A stretch of DNA of 64,000 nucleotides, taken from positions 5,651 through 69,650 of the forward strand of contig JACQCF010000020.1 of the NCBI GenBank assembly GCA_016201795.1, read 5' to 3'. This document shows, piece by piece, positions 31,145-41,485 of the stretch. The notes under the pieces are model-generated. The model had not been told where the DNA came from. It searched no databases and worked only from the letters and a program-made list of their open reading frames with translations. Position 1 is the first letter of the stretch, and every line of letters begins with the position of its first letter. Source of the DNA: Candidatus Omnitrophota bacterium (GTDB lineage: Bacteria > Omnitrophota > Gorgyraeia > Zapsychrales > Fredricksoniimonadaceae). Position numbers and translations under genes: made by a program.

Positions 31145-32245
31145 ATGTCCACCGAAGTTGTCTTACATAATACACCTCTTCTCGAGGAACACATCGCTCT
31201 TGGCGCCAAGATGGTTGGCTTTGGCGGATGGAACATGCCTTTGCAGTATGAGGGGATCCTTACCGAATGGGACTATAACCGCAGGACCTGTTCACTTTTT
31301 GACTGCTCGCACATGGGCGAGTTTATCATCAAGGGCGATGCCGTCGAAAGCGGTTTGGATGGTATCGTCACTCAGCGCCTCACGGATATACCCCCTAAAA
31401 CCTGTCGTTACGGGGCAATGCTCAACGCGCAGGGCGGTGTCATTGATGATCTGATTGTCTATCGCAAAGCTCCCCAGGAATGGATGATTGTCGTCAATGC
31501 CGCTAATAGTGAGAAGAATGCTAAACATTTTAAGGATCATTTAACCTCGAAGGCGGTTTTTCAGGACATTTCTTTTGAGACAGCTAAACTGGATCTTCAA
31601 GGACCATTATCGCGGGATATTTTAAAGACTTTAGTACCGGGTATCGCGAAATTGGAGTACTACACTTTTGATGAATTCACTTTGCTTAAGGAAAAATGTT
31701 TGATCAGCCGCACCGGCTATACCGGCGAGTTGGGCTATGAAATTTATTATCCCTGGGAAAAGTCAAAAGAATTGTGGCAGGCAATTTTAAAAAATGATAA
31801 AGTCAAACCCACTGGGTTAGGCGTGCGTGATGTTTTGCGTATTGAAATGTGCTACAGCCTTTACGGCCACGAATTGGATGAAACCATTTCGCCTCTGGAG
31901 GTCGGTCTGGATAAGTTCATTGACTTTGACAAAGATTTTATCGGCAAAGAAGTTCTTTTAAAACAAAAGGCTCAAGGGTCGCGCCGAGCGATCGGCTGTT
32001 TCACCTCTGAATCCCGACGGAGCCCGCGCGCCGGACACAAAATTTTTAATGAAGCAGGCCGCATCGTCGGCGAGGTGACCAGCGGCACGTTTTCACCGGC
32101 GTTGCAGTCAGGCATCGGCCTTGGATTTGTAGAAAAACCAACTAATACCATCGGGCAAAAGCTCTTTTTCGGGGATGAAAAAACAAAAGCCGCAGCGGCC
32201 GTAGTCAAAAGGCCTTTTTACAAGAGCGGTTCTTTAAAGCATTGA
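31145..32245 (+). CDS. gcvT: Glycine cleavage system T protein (aminomethyltransferase)
   Basis: GAKMVGFGGWNMPLQY, LFDCSHMG, IDDLIVY, SRTGYTGELGYE, GLGVRDVLRIE. Confidence 0.97.
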   Translation: MSTEVVLHNTPLLEEHIALGAKMVGFGGWNMPLQYEGILTEWDYNRRTCSLFDCSHMGEFIIKGDAVESGLDGIVTQRLTDIPPKTCRYGAMLNAQGGVIDDLIVYRKAPQEWMIVVNAANSEKNAKHFKDHLTSKAVFQDISFETAKLDLQGPLSRDILKTLVPGIAKLEYYTFDEFTLLKEKCLISRTGYTGELGYEIYYPWEKSKELWQAILKNDKVKPTGLGVRDVLRIEMCYSLYGHELDETISPLEVGLDKFIDFDKDFIGKEVLLKQKAQGSRRAIGCFTSESRRSPRAGHKIFNEAGRIVGEVTSGTFSPALQSGIGLGFVEKPTNTIGQKLFFGDEKTKAAAAVVKRPFYKSGSLKH

Positions 32246-32255
32246 GGAATAATTT

Positions 32256-32645
32256 ATGGAGATCATGGATCATTATCTGTACACCAAAGAGCATGAATGG
32301 ATTAACATCGAAGACAATATCGGCACCATTGGCATTACCGACTATGCCCAGAGCGCTTTAGGCGATATTACTTACGTGGAATTTCCGCAGCAAGATCAGG
32401 AGGTGGATCAATTCGAGCAGTTTGTTTCCGTTGAGTCGGTGAAGGCCGCCTCAGATATTTTCTCTCCTATGTCCGGCAAAGTCATAGAAGTCAACCAGAA
32501 GCTTGAGGACAATCCGGCTTTGGTCAACAAAGACTGCTATATTAAAGGCTGGATTGCCAAGATTGAAATCAAAGATATGGATGAGTCGAACAATTTGATG
32601 TCCGCCGAGGAATACCGCAATTATTTAGAATCTCTCGAGCACTAA
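32256..32645 (+). CDS. gcvH: Glycine cleavage system H protein
   Basis: YTKEHEW, GITDYAQSALGD, VESVKAAS (lipoyl Lys). Confidence 0.97.
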   Translation: MEIMDHYLYTKEHEWINIEDNIGTIGITDYAQSALGDITYVEFPQQDQEVDQFEQFVSVESVKAASDIFSPMSGKVIEVNQKLEDNPALVNKDCYIKGWIAKIEIKDMDESNNLMSAEEYRNYLESLEH

Positions 32646-32685
32646 TGGTCCGGCATTTAGCCTTACTACAAGAGAAAGTTTTGTT

Positions 32686-34050
32686 TTGAATCCCTATATC
32701 ACTAATACAGCATCAGAAGTCAAGGATATGCTGGGCGTCATCGGGGTAAAGTCCATCGATGATCTTTTCGTAGATATCAAACCACAGCATGTCCCTAAGT
32801 CTTTTCATCTGCCTTCTGGTCTTTCGGAATACGAAGTCCTGCGCCGCCTGACGGAGCTTTCTTTAAAAAACAACGTGTATTTAACCCCTTTTATAGGGGG
32901 CGGCTATTATGATCATTATGTGCCGGCAGCGGTGGGGATGCTCATTTCCCGGGGAGAATTTTACACGGCCTACACACCGTATCAGCCCGAATGCGCCCAA
33001 GGGACATTACAAGGGTTGTTTGAATTCCAAAGCCACATGTGCGCTTTGACGGGCATGGAAGTTGCTAACGCCTCGCTTTATGACGGCGGAACCGCGCTGT
33101 ACGAAGCCATGATGATGGCCATTCGTATCACAGGCAGAGATAAAATCATCATGGATGGCGGGGTCAGTCCCATTTACCGTAAAATTTTAAGAACGTACAC
33201 GCATCATTTGCATTATCAATTTGAAGAAACTCCCGTTGTGCACGGCAGCGAATCAGTCCCTGCAGGGGGCCAAACCAGCCGCCAGGAGATTGAAAAACGT
33301 TTGGATAAAAATACCGCTGCGGTGATTTTGCAAAACCCTAACTTTTTCGGCGCCATTGATGACTTTACGGACATCATTGAAAAAGCGCACGCCGTCGGGG
33401 CGCTGGTCATTGTCAGCGTTTATCCGATTTCCCTGGGGCTTCTAAAAACGCCGGGGGATATGGATGCGGATATTGTCACGGGAGAGGGCCAGTCGCTGGG
33501 GCTGCCTTTGAATTTCGGTGGGCCGTATTTAGGTTTTATGTGCGTCAAAAAACAATACGTGCGCAAAATGCCGGGCCGTATCGTCGGAGAAACCGTGGAT
33601 GCACAAGGCCGTCGCTGTTTTGTCAATATCCTGCAGGCGCGGGAGCAACATATCCGACGGGAAAAGGCCACCTCCAACATTTGTACCAACGTATCTTTGT
33701 GCGCTTTGCAGGCGGCCATTTTTATGTCCATCGTTGGCAAAGGTGGTTTAAAAGAAATGGCGCAATTGAATCTGGACAAAGCCGAATACGCAAAACAATG
33801 TCTAGAGAAAGTCAAAGGGGTCCAGGTCCAACGGTCCTGGCCGACATTTAATGAATTCACCATTTGTTTACCGCAGGATGCCTCCCAAGTGGTGGCGCGC
33901 ATGATGGACAAGGGATTTGCCGCGGGTTTTGACCTGGGGCGTTATTACAAGGGTATGGAAAAATATTTGTTGGTGGCGGTCACCGAGAAACGTACCAAAG
34001 AAGAAATCGACCGTTACGCCAAAGCATTGGCGGAAGTGTTATGCAATTAA
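32686..34050 (+). CDS. gcvPA: Glycine dehydrogenase subunit 1
   Basis: EFYTAYTPYQPE, NASLYDG, FGGPYLG, REQHIRREKATSNICTN. Confidence 0.97.
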   Translation: MNPYITNTASEVKDMLGVIGVKSIDDLFVDIKPQHVPKSFHLPSGLSEYEVLRRLTELSLKNNVYLTPFIGGGYYDHYVPAAVGMLISRGEFYTAYTPYQPECAQGTLQGLFEFQSHMCALTGMEVANASLYDGGTALYEAMMMAIRITGRDKIIMDGGVSPIYRKILRTYTHHLHYQFEETPVVHGSESVPAGGQTSRQEIEKRLDKNTAAVILQNPNFFGAIDDFTDIIEKAHAVGALVIVSVYPISLGLLKTPGDMDADIVTGEGQSLGLPLNFGGPYLGFMCVKKQYVRKMPGRIVGETVDAQGRRCFVNILQAREQHIRREKATSNICTNVSLCALQAAIFMSIVGKGGLKEMAQLNLDKAEYAKQCLEKVKGVQVQRSWPTFNEFTICLPQDASQVVARMMDKGFAAGFDLGRYYKGMEKYLLVAVTEKRTKEEIDRYAKALAEVLCN

Positions 34051-35492
34051 TTTTCGAAAAATCAGTTAAAGGCCGTCGGGGTTTTCGTTTTGGAACTTGT
34101 GATGTTCCCGTCAAAGCGCAGGTGCCTGTCAAGTACGCGCGCAAAGACGATGCCCCGCTGCCGGAAGTCTCGGAACTGGATGCGGTGCGTCATTACACGC
34201 ATTTATCCCAGCAGAATTTTTCTATCGACACACATTTCTATCCGTTGGGTTCCTGCACCATGAAATACAATCCGAAATTCACCGAAACCATTGCGCGTCT
34301 GGCGGGTTTTACAGATTTGCATCCTCTTTTGCCGCAATTAGCCTCGGGGGAGAAGTTAACGCAGGGGGCTTTGCAGGTTCTTTACGAGCTCGAGCAATGG
34401 ATGTGTGAAATAACAGGTTTTTGTGCCTTTACCTTACAGCCTTTAGCCGGCGCGCACGGAGAGTTAACCGGCATTATGCTCATGGCCGCTTATCATAAAG
34501 CCAAGGGCAATACCAAGAAAAAATATGTCATTATTCCTGATTCCGCCCACGGCACCAATCCTGCCAGCGCGGCGGTTGCCGGCTATGAGACTATTTCGAT
34601 ACCTTCTAACAAAGACGGCGGCATGGATTTAGAGGCGCTTAAAAGCGCCATCAGCAACGAGGTGGCAGGTTTGATGATGACCGTGCCCTCGACCTATGGC
34701 GTTTTTGAGTCGAACATTGAGGAGATTGCCAGGCTCATCCATTCGGTGGATGGCATTATGTATTACGACGGGGCGAATCTTAATGCGGTTTTGGGCCGTT
34801 TCCGTCCCGGCGATGTGGGCTTTGATGTGATGCACATCAATACGCATAAAACTTTTACCACTCCTCACGGCGGCGGCGGGCCAGGGGCTGGGCCGGTGGG
34901 GGTTAATGCCAAGCTTGAAAAATTTTTGCCGATTTCGCGGGTCATTAAAAAACCTGACGGTACTTATGCGCTTAATTATGATTATCCCGATTCCATCGGC
35001 TACATCGCTTCTTTTTACGGCAATTTCGCCTTGTTAGTCAGAGCTTACGCGTACATGCTGATGTTAGGCCAAGAGGGGCTGCAACAGACGACAGATCATG
35101 CGGTGTTAAACGCCAATTACATTATGACCAAACTTAAAAAACATTATAAACTTTGTTTTGATCGCCTGTGCATGCATGAGACTGTTTTCTGTGCCGCTTT
35201 CCAGGCCCAGAGGGGAGTGCGCGCCATTGATGTTGCCAAATTTTTGATCGATCAAAAAATCCATCCGCCAACCGTGTATTTTCCTATCAGCGTTCCTGAG
35301 GCTATTATGATTGAGCCGACGGAGACGGAATCCAAACAAACCATGGATCATTTTATCCAGAAGATGATTGAGGCTGATGAGTTGTCCAAAACCAATCCTT
35401 TGGCGTTCAAAGAATTTCCTAAGACAATGCCTATTTCCCGACCGGATGAAGTCAAAGCCGCGCGGGATGTGAAAACTTCATATTTTAGATGA
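34041..35492 (+). CDS. gcvPB: Glycine dehydrogenase subunit 2
   Basis: YPLGSCTMKYNP, GAHGE, DSAHGTNPASA, HKTFTTPHGGGGPG (PLP Lys), IEPTETE. Confidence 0.97.
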   Translation: MQLIFEKSVKGRRGFRFGTCDVPVKAQVPVKYARKDDAPLPEVSELDAVRHYTHLSQQNFSIDTHFYPLGSCTMKYNPKFTETIARLAGFTDLHPLLPQLASGEKLTQGALQVLYELEQWMCEITGFCAFTLQPLAGAHGELTGIMLMAAYHKAKGNTKKKYVIIPDSAHGTNPASAAVAGYETISIPSNKDGGMDLEALKSAISNEVAGLMMTVPSTYGVFESNIEEIARLIHSVDGIMYYDGANLNAVLGRFRPGDVGFDVMHINTHKTFTTPHGGGGPGAGPVGVNAKLEKFLPISRVIKKPDGTYALNYDYPDSIGYIASFYGNFALLVRAYAYMLMLGQEGLQQTTDHAVLNANYIMTKLKKHYKLCFDRLCMHETVFCAAFQAQRGVRAIDVAKFLIDQKIHPPTVYFPISVPEAIMIEPTETESKQTMDHFIQKMIEADELSKTNPLAFKEFPKTMPISRPDEVKAARDVKTSYFR

Positions 35493-36217
35493 TGCAAATC
35501 AAAGACATTTCCTTTGACACTGCGCAGGAAAACATTCTTTTCGATGAATTGTTGTTGCAGTTGGCCGAGAAACAATCCACTGGTGAAGTGTTGCGTTTTT
35601 GGGAATCTCAAACGGTGTTTATTGTTTTAGGACGTATCGGTAAAGAACAGGATGATATTTGGCTGGATCAAGCGCGTCAAGATAACATTCCTGTTTTTCG
35701 CCGTACCTCCGGCGGCGGCACGGTGGTGCAGGGGCCAGGGTGTTTGAATTTTACTTTTGTTTTGAATAAAGAGCGGCATGCGGACTTGGGGGATTTGCGC
35801 AAATCCTATGCCTGGATTAGCGCTAAAGTCATCGACGCCCTTCAAACCTGTGGTGTGAAAGCTGTTTTCAGGCCGATTTCCGATATCGCCTTAACCCATA
35901 ACCAGAAGAAAATTTCAGGTAATGCCCAGCATCGCGGCAAACATTTTATCCTGCATCACGGTACCATTCTCTACGATTTTGATTTGAATCTCATCAGCCG
36001 CTATTTGAAAATCCCCCAAGAGATCCCCGCTTACCGCCAAAGCCGCTCTCAGGCGGATTTTGTGACTAATATTCATATCCAGGCAAGGCCATTCAAGCAG
36101 GCTTTAGCCGGCATTTTTGGTCTTCATCTGAGCCAAGAGCCACCCCAACCTTCTTCCCAAGAGCTTTTAGCCCTGGCAGATCTTCTTCAAAAGCGTTCGG
36201 TGGTTGTTGACTTTTAA
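35489..36217 (+). CDS. Lipoate-protein ligase A family protein
   Basis: RRTSGGGTV, KKISGNAQ, HHGTILY; adjacent to gcv genes. Confidence 0.9.
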   Translation: MMQIKDISFDTAQENILFDELLLQLAEKQSTGEVLRFWESQTVFIVLGRIGKEQDDIWLDQARQDNIPVFRRTSGGGTVVQGPGCLNFTFVLNKERHADLGDLRKSYAWISAKVIDALQTCGVKAVFRPISDIALTHNQKKISGNAQHRGKHFILHHGTILYDFDLNLISRYLKIPQEIPAYRQSRSQADFVTNIHIQARPFKQALAGIFGLHLSQEPPQPSSQELLALADLLQKRSVVVDF

Positions 36218-36262
36218 GAAAACCAGTGAATATTTATATAAATATGATACTATCAGTCAGTT

Positions 36263-36994
36263 ATGAATTTAGAAGCAGCCAAAATTTTAATTATTATCCC
36301 TGCCTTTAACGAAAGCGGTAATATCACCCGTACTATCGCGGATATTAAAAAGCAAAATCTACCGGTGGATATTTTAGTGATTGATGATGGCTCCACGGAT
36401 ACGACGGCACAAGAAGCCTGCCAAGCGGGAGTTCAAGTGATTTCTCTGCCGTTTAATGTGGGTATTGGAGGAGCGGTGCAAACAGGGTTTCAATACGCCC
36501 TGCACTATGGTTACGATATGGCCGTGCAGTTCGACGGTGACGGCCAGCATGATGCGAGTTTTTTAAGGAAAGTCATCGCACCTATTCTGGAAGATCAGGC
36601 GGACATGGTTGTCGGCAGCCGTTTTATCGAGAGTGATGGCGGTTTTAAATCTTCTTTGACCCGTCGGATAGGAATCCACTTTTTTGTGCGTTTGATCAAT
36701 ACGATGACCGGATTAAACATTACGGATCCCACCTCTGGTTTTCGCGTGCATAATCGTAAGATCATTGCGGCCTTTGCGCACGATTACCCTCAGGATTTCC
36801 CCGAACCTGAGGCGATTGTGGCGGCTAAGCGTCTGGGAGCGCGTATCAGTGAAACAGCGGTTCTGATGCGCCAACGCCAGGGTGGACAAAGTTCGATTCG
36901 CCAGTTTAAAAGCCTGTATTACATGGTCAAGGTGACCTTTGCTATTTGTTTACACTTGATCCGCCGTCAACCCTTCGATGAAACTCAGGGTTGA
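36263..36994 (+). CDS. GT2 glycosyltransferase (polyprenol-phosphate glycosyltransferase/DPM-like)
   Basis: IIPAFNE, IDDGSTD, GIGGAVQTG, FDGDGQH, GSRF, DPTSGFR. Confidence 0.92.
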   Translation: MNLEAAKILIIIPAFNESGNITRTIADIKKQNLPVDILVIDDGSTDTTAQEACQAGVQVISLPFNVGIGGAVQTGFQYALHYGYDMAVQFDGDGQHDASFLRKVIAPILEDQADMVVGSRFIESDGGFKSSLTRRIGIHFFVRLINTMTGLNITDPTSGFRVHNRKIIAAFAHDYPQDFPEPEAIVAAKRLGARISETAVLMRQRQGGQSSIRQFKSLYYMVKVTFAICLHLIRRQPFDETQG

Positions 36995-37018
36995 TCCTGA
37001 GCGTAATCGAAGGATCAA
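36967..37018. repeat. REP-like CCCTTCGA..CTCAGGG / CTGAGCG..TCGAAGG palindrome overlapping the GT2 stop
   Basis: tcaaccct-tcgatgaaactc-agggttga and ttgatcct-gagcgtaatcga-aggatcaa; supplies the terminal QPFDETQG* of the ORF. Confidence 0.7.
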
Positions 37019-37033
37019 GAAAGCAGGTAACAG

Positions 37034-37402
37034 ATGAATATTCATGTTCTGGCTATTATTTTATCTTCGACGATTTTTTTGTTGGTGGTGGATTTGGTGC
37101 GTCGGCATAAGCTGACATTTAAGTATGCCCTGGCCTGGCTGTTGGTTTCAGCATCGGGTGTTTTTTTTGCAATTTTTCATAAATTTCTTTTTAAAGTGTC
37201 GGCTTTATTGGGTTTTGAACTGCCCAGCAATTTTATTTTTTTCACGCTGTTTGGCGTGTTTGTATTTTTAAGCCTTGTGCTGACGGTATTTTTATGCCAG
37301 CAAAACAGCCGCAATGATACAATGGCGCAAAAAATAGCCCTGTTGGAATTTGAAGTCAAAGGGTTGAAACAAAAATCACCCCAGCGCAAAGATATTTCAT
37401 GA
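37034..37402 (+). CDS. DUF2304 family membrane protein
   Basis: Three TM segments, KYALAWL, GFELPSN, AQKIALLE; usual partner of this GT2 type. Confidence 0.85.
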   Translation: MNIHVLAIILSSTIFLLVVDLVRRHKLTFKYALAWLLVSASGVFFAIFHKFLFKVSALLGFELPSNFIFFTLFGVFVFLSLVLTVFLCQQNSRNDTMAQKIALLEFEVKGLKQKSPQRKDIS

Positions 37403-38382
37403 CAGTCAGCGTCATCGTGCCTGCCTATAACGCTTGCAAAACTATTGGTCAAACCCTTAAGGCTTTAGCCCAGCAGGATTATGCAGAAGCCTTCGAGATT
37501 ATAGTGGTCGATGATGGCTCCAGCGACCAAACCGCAGAGGTTATTCATTCTTTTGCCAACGCACGTTATGTTCATCAGCCTCACGCGGGACCGGCGGCGG
37601 CGCGCAATCATGGTGCCTCTTTAGCCAAGGGGCGTATGTTGGCTTTTACTGACGCTGATTGCATTCCTCATAAAGATTGGCTTTCCCAGTTAATGGGAGG
37701 GTTTGTGGCCGGCGATGTAGCGGTGGTTATGGGCAGCTATGGCATTACTAATAGCGAGAATCTTTTAGCCTATTGTGTTTATCGGGAAATTCTTTTTCGC
37801 CACCAGCATTTATTGCCTGATTTTCCCAAAGTTTTTGGCAGCTACAATGTTTGCATTCAACGTCATGTGTTCGAACACGTCGGAGGTTTCAGTACGGCCT
37901 ATCGGTATGCCAGCGGGGAGGATAATGATTTAAGCTATAAAATCATCGAGTCCGGCTGGCGTATTTATTTTGAGCGTAACGCCCTGGTGGATCACTTTCA
38001 TCCCACTCAAATCGGGATATATCTTAAAGAACAGTTTCGCCATGGTCTCTGGCGGGTGATGTTGTATGCCAGCCATCCGGCCATAGTCACCGGCGACGGA
38101 TATACCTTCTGGAAAGATATGACCGAGGTTCCCTGGAGCCTGTGGTGTTTGTTAGGGGTGTTCCTAAGCGCTTCGGGTGTCGTTAGTTTTAAAGCAGTGG
38201 TATATTTTCTGGTTGTTCCTTTGCTTATGTTTGAAATTTTTTTTGCGCGTCCCATGCTGCGCAACAGTCGCGAAGAATTTTTTTGGGGATTTATGATGTT
38301 TTTGCGCGCCTTCAGCCGAACTCTGGGTTTTTCGACGGGAATTTTGCTATTCTTGGGTAAAAAAATTTCAAATAAACTTTGA
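37399..38382 (+). CDS. GT2 glycosyltransferase with C-terminal TM helices
   Basis: VIVPAYN, VVDDGS, GPAAARN, FTDADC, GEDNDL. Confidence 0.92.
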   Translation: MTVSVIVPAYNACKTIGQTLKALAQQDYAEAFEIIVVDDGSSDQTAEVIHSFANARYVHQPHAGPAAARNHGASLAKGRMLAFTDADCIPHKDWLSQLMGGFVAGDVAVVMGSYGITNSENLLAYCVYREILFRHQHLLPDFPKVFGSYNVCIQRHVFEHVGGFSTAYRYASGEDNDLSYKIIESGWRIYFERNALVDHFHPTQIGIYLKEQFRHGLWRVMLYASHPAIVTGDGYTFWKDMTEVPWSLWCLLGVFLSASGVVSFKAVVYFLVVPLLMFEIFFARPMLRNSREEFFWGFMMFLRAFSRTLGFSTGILLFLGKKISNKL

Positions 38383-38406
38383 AACGCCAGAGCACTATGT
38401 TAAGAT
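38379..38406 (+). promoter_or_regulatory. Candidate promoter of the secretion/ATPase operon
   Basis: TTGAAA(38379-38384)-16 bp-TAAGAT(38401-38406) with TG extended -10. Confidence 0.45.
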
Positions 38407-38444
38407 GGAAGCATAATATTATATAGATAAAAATTAGGTCTATT

Positions 38445-39023
38445 ATGTCTAAAGAGACTGTTGAAGAAAAGTGGAAAGTGCTTCAAAAATCCGCAGCCAC
38501 CCCTGTTTCCTTGAAGCAAGAATCATCTGCCCACAAATTTTTTAGTTTTTTTTCTATTGCCGAGCTCAATAGAATTTTATGGATCGCGACGGCGGTTTGC
38601 GCTGTTATTTTAATCGTTGAACTGTATTGGGGTTTTTTTCTGCTGAATAAGAAGATGGACTTTTCTGAGGAAGTCAAAACAAGTTCTCATCAACAAGAAA
38701 CCAATCTTCCTCAGGTTAAGGATGTTAAATATTACATCGACAGCCTCGGCAATCGCAATATTTTTAAACCTTATGACATTGAGCTTGGCAAAGCCGCGGT
38801 AGGAGAGCCGAATTTAGCCAGGCTTTTGTCCAAATATAAACTGGTGGGCGTGGCCTGGCTCGATCTTCCGGAATCGGCTTCGATCATGGTGGAAGATACC
38901 CGCACCAAAGCGACGCATTTTCTAAAAACCGGCGAACAATTAGAAGGCGTAACGGTCAAAACCATCTATACGGATAGAGTGGTCTTTAGTTACGAGAATG
39001 AGGAAATAACCATTAAGCTATGA
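38445..39023 (+). CDS. GspC/PilP-like T2SS/T4P inner-membrane protein
   Basis: Single TM, RNIFKP, then KLVGV...AS.MVED...FLKTGEQL beta domain resembling the GspC HR domain; directly upstream of the secretin. Confidence 0.65.
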   Translation: MSKETVEEKWKVLQKSAATPVSLKQESSAHKFFSFFSIAELNRILWIATAVCAVILIVELYWGFFLLNKKMDFSEEVKTSSHQQETNLPQVKDVKYYIDSLGNRNIFKPYDIELGKAAVGEPNLARLLSKYKLVGVAWLDLPESASIMVEDTRTKATHFLKTGEQLEGVTVKTIYTDRVVFSYENEEITIKL

Positions 39024-40666
39024 TCAAACGCATTTTTAAACCCAGATTGATTTGGTTGGTAGGGGCGTTTGTGATCATGCCGATGATTTTTTTCAAGCTT
39101 TACGCTTGGTCTCAGGAGGCGGCCTCTGCCGTGGCTCAGGCAAATGCCGGCGTCGAGCTTCCCAAGCCGATCATTTTAACCGAGCCCAAGGAGCCTCTGG
39201 AAGACCGCATGATACGTAAAATCACGCTGGATGTGCGTGATATGAACGTCGTCGACGTCATTAAATTCCTGGCCCAAAAAGGTGAATTTAACGTGGTGAT
39301 TTCGGCTCCTGTAGACGGCCGTACCACCGTGCTTTTGCATGCGGTCGCCATTAAAGACGCGCTGGATATCATTGCGGTATCAAATAAATTGGCCTATCAC
39401 GTTCAAAATGACATTGTGCAGGTGATGACCGCTGCCGAATATGAAGCGATGTATGGTAAACAATTCAGCGATAAGACCGAGGTGAGTATTATTCATTTGC
39501 AATACTCCAAGCCCAGTTATGTGCTGGCTGCTTTGGATAATATGAAAAGCAATATTGGTAAGATCATTATCGATGAAGACACCGGCACCGTAGTTTTGGT
39601 CGATACCCCGCCGTCTATTATGGTCATGAAGAAAGCTATTGAACAGATTGAACGTCCTCTAGATACGCTCGTCTACGATTTAAAATATGCCAAGGCGGAT
39701 GTGGTGGCGGAAAAATTGCGCTCCCGTATTGATGCCAAGGCGGTGGGTTCCATCACGGCGGATGAGCGCTCCAATCAAATCTTGGTGCGCGTGTTCCCCG
39801 GCCGTCACGATGAGGTAGAAAAAGTGATCCGCAGTCTGGATGAGCCGACCAGAGAGGTTTTGATTGAGGCTCGCATATTGCAGGTGATTTTAAAACCCAA
39901 TTATGACGCGGGTATTGATTGGTCAAGCCAGATTTTTAATAATGGCAAGAACAAATTTTCTTTTAAGAATATCGATTTGAATGAATCAGGCCTTGCGGCC
40001 GCTAGTGATAATTTGGCATCGACTTTCAGCAGAATTGCTGTTGGTAATGTCAACACTCAGGATTTCATGATGGCGTTGCGTTCTTTACAGCAGGTCAGCG
40101 ACACCAAAATTCTCTCCAGCCCTCAAATTTTGGTGACCAATAACGACGAAGCCAAAATTCATATCGGAGACACGGTTCCTTACATCATTTCCACCACCAA
40201 TGGTACCGGAGATAATGCGATCAAAAGCGAGGATGTGCGTTTCATTGACGTTGGTTTGAAATTGAATGTCACTCCTACCATTAACGACGACGGCATGGTG
40301 ACAATGCATCTGCGTCCGGAAATTTCTTCCGTGGTCGGACGCATTACCTCTCAAGCGGGCGGTATCCCTCAGGTGAACAAAACGGAAGTGGAGACTGCGG
40401 TCATGGTACATGATGGTATGACGATTATCTTAGCAGGCTTACGCAAGGAAGATAAATCGCATACGAAAAAAGGTTTCCCTGTGCTCATGGACCTGCCTTA
40501 TCTGGGTAATTTCTTTTCGCGCACCTCTGATAGTATTACATCGACGGAAATCGTAATTTTAATCACCCCGCACATTGTTAAGGGTACGGATGATTACACG
40601 AAAGTGACCGGCACGATCAAACCGCCCAAGAAGTATGAGGAGAATCTTCAATCATCGCCACCGTAG
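39020..40666 (+). CDS. Secretin (GspD/PilQ family)
   Basis: N0/N3 domains (ITLDVRDM, ADERSNQILV), VLIEARILQV, ILSSPQILVTNNDEAKIHIG, DVGLKLNVTPTI, PVLMDLPYLGNFFS, TEIVILITPHIV. Confidence 0.95.
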   Translation: MIKRIFKPRLIWLVGAFVIMPMIFFKLYAWSQEAASAVAQANAGVELPKPIILTEPKEPLEDRMIRKITLDVRDMNVVDVIKFLAQKGEFNVVISAPVDGRTTVLLHAVAIKDALDIIAVSNKLAYHVQNDIVQVMTAAEYEAMYGKQFSDKTEVSIIHLQYSKPSYVLAALDNMKSNIGKIIIDEDTGTVVLVDTPPSIMVMKKAIEQIERPLDTLVYDLKYAKADVVAEKLRSRIDAKAVGSITADERSNQILVRVFPGRHDEVEKVIRSLDEPTREVLIEARILQVILKPNYDAGIDWSSQIFNNGKNKFSFKNIDLNESGLAAASDNLASTFSRIAVGNVNTQDFMMALRSLQQVSDTKILSSPQILVTNNDEAKIHIGDTVPYIISTTNGTGDNAIKSEDVRFIDVGLKLNVTPTINDDGMVTMHLRPEISSVVGRITSQAGGIPQVNKTEVETAVMVHDGMTIILAGLRKEDKSHTKKGFPVLMDLPYLGNFFSRTSDSITSTEIVILITPHIVKGTDDYTKVTGTIKPPKKYEENLQSSPP

Positions 40667-40685
40667 TTGAAGCGGAGAAAATTTT

Positions 40686-41447
40686 ATGGGCAAACACGCC
40701 CGTTCTAAAATTCAAAACCTTGCGATGGCAGTTATTGTATTAGTTTTCGGCGTAGGTACCAACATGGGTGCTCGAGCTCAAGATATCGAAGGCATGCCGC
40801 CGCCGGCCAATACCGATTCTGCTTCGCAAGCACAGCAGGAGCGCGAACAATTTGTCAAAGAACTCCGTCGCCTGGAGAATCTCAACAGAAAATATGCCAA
40901 GGAAATCGAAGATATCAAAACGCTTTTAACCGAGAAAGACGAGGATTTTCAAAAGCGGATGCAACAATTGGAAGACAAGCTGGCCCAGCAGCAGGATGAG
41001 AAAAATAAACAGGCGCTGGTGCAGGAACAAAATCAACAAACCACCAAAGAATTGGAAGACAAAACCAATGAAATGCTTTCCGAAGACAGTGATTTGGACA
41101 TTGACGATGAGCATTTTAAAGAGGAACTCGCCAAAGCTCATTACAACATGGGCAATATTTATTTTGAACGCGGGGAATATCAAAGAGCGGTGGTGGAATT
41201 CTACCAAGCGGTTGATTTAACCCCCAAGGATGCGGATACTCATTACAATTTAGCCTTTGTCAGCGGGGAATATTTGGGTGATCAGGAGACGGCCTTGAAG
41301 CATTATCAGTTGTATTTGTATTTGAATCCTAACGCCGACGATGCCAATGCAGTGAAAGAGAAGATCATGCAGGCCAAACTTCATTTGCGCTCCAAATTGA
41401 ATTCGCCGTTAGATAAAGACAATGGTAATTATAATGTGACTCGTTAA
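40686..41447 (+). CDS. Secreted coiled-coil + TPR protein
   Basis: Signal peptide, Q/E-rich coiled coil, TPR AHYNMGNIYFERGEYQRAVVEFYQAVDLTP. Confidence 0.8.
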   Translation: MGKHARSKIQNLAMAVIVLVFGVGTNMGARAQDIEGMPPPANTDSASQAQQEREQFVKELRRLENLNRKYAKEIEDIKTLLTEKDEDFQKRMQQLEDKLAQQQDEKNKQALVQEQNQQTTKELEDKTNEMLSEDSDLDIDDEHFKEELAKAHYNMGNIYFERGEYQRAVVEFYQAVDLTPKDADTHYNLAFVSGEYLGDQETALKHYQLYLYLNPNADDANAVKEKIMQAKLHLRSKLNSPLDKDNGNYNVTR

Positions 41448-41485
41448 CACCTTAAGCAGCGCGACACAGATGGGTTTTCAAATCT

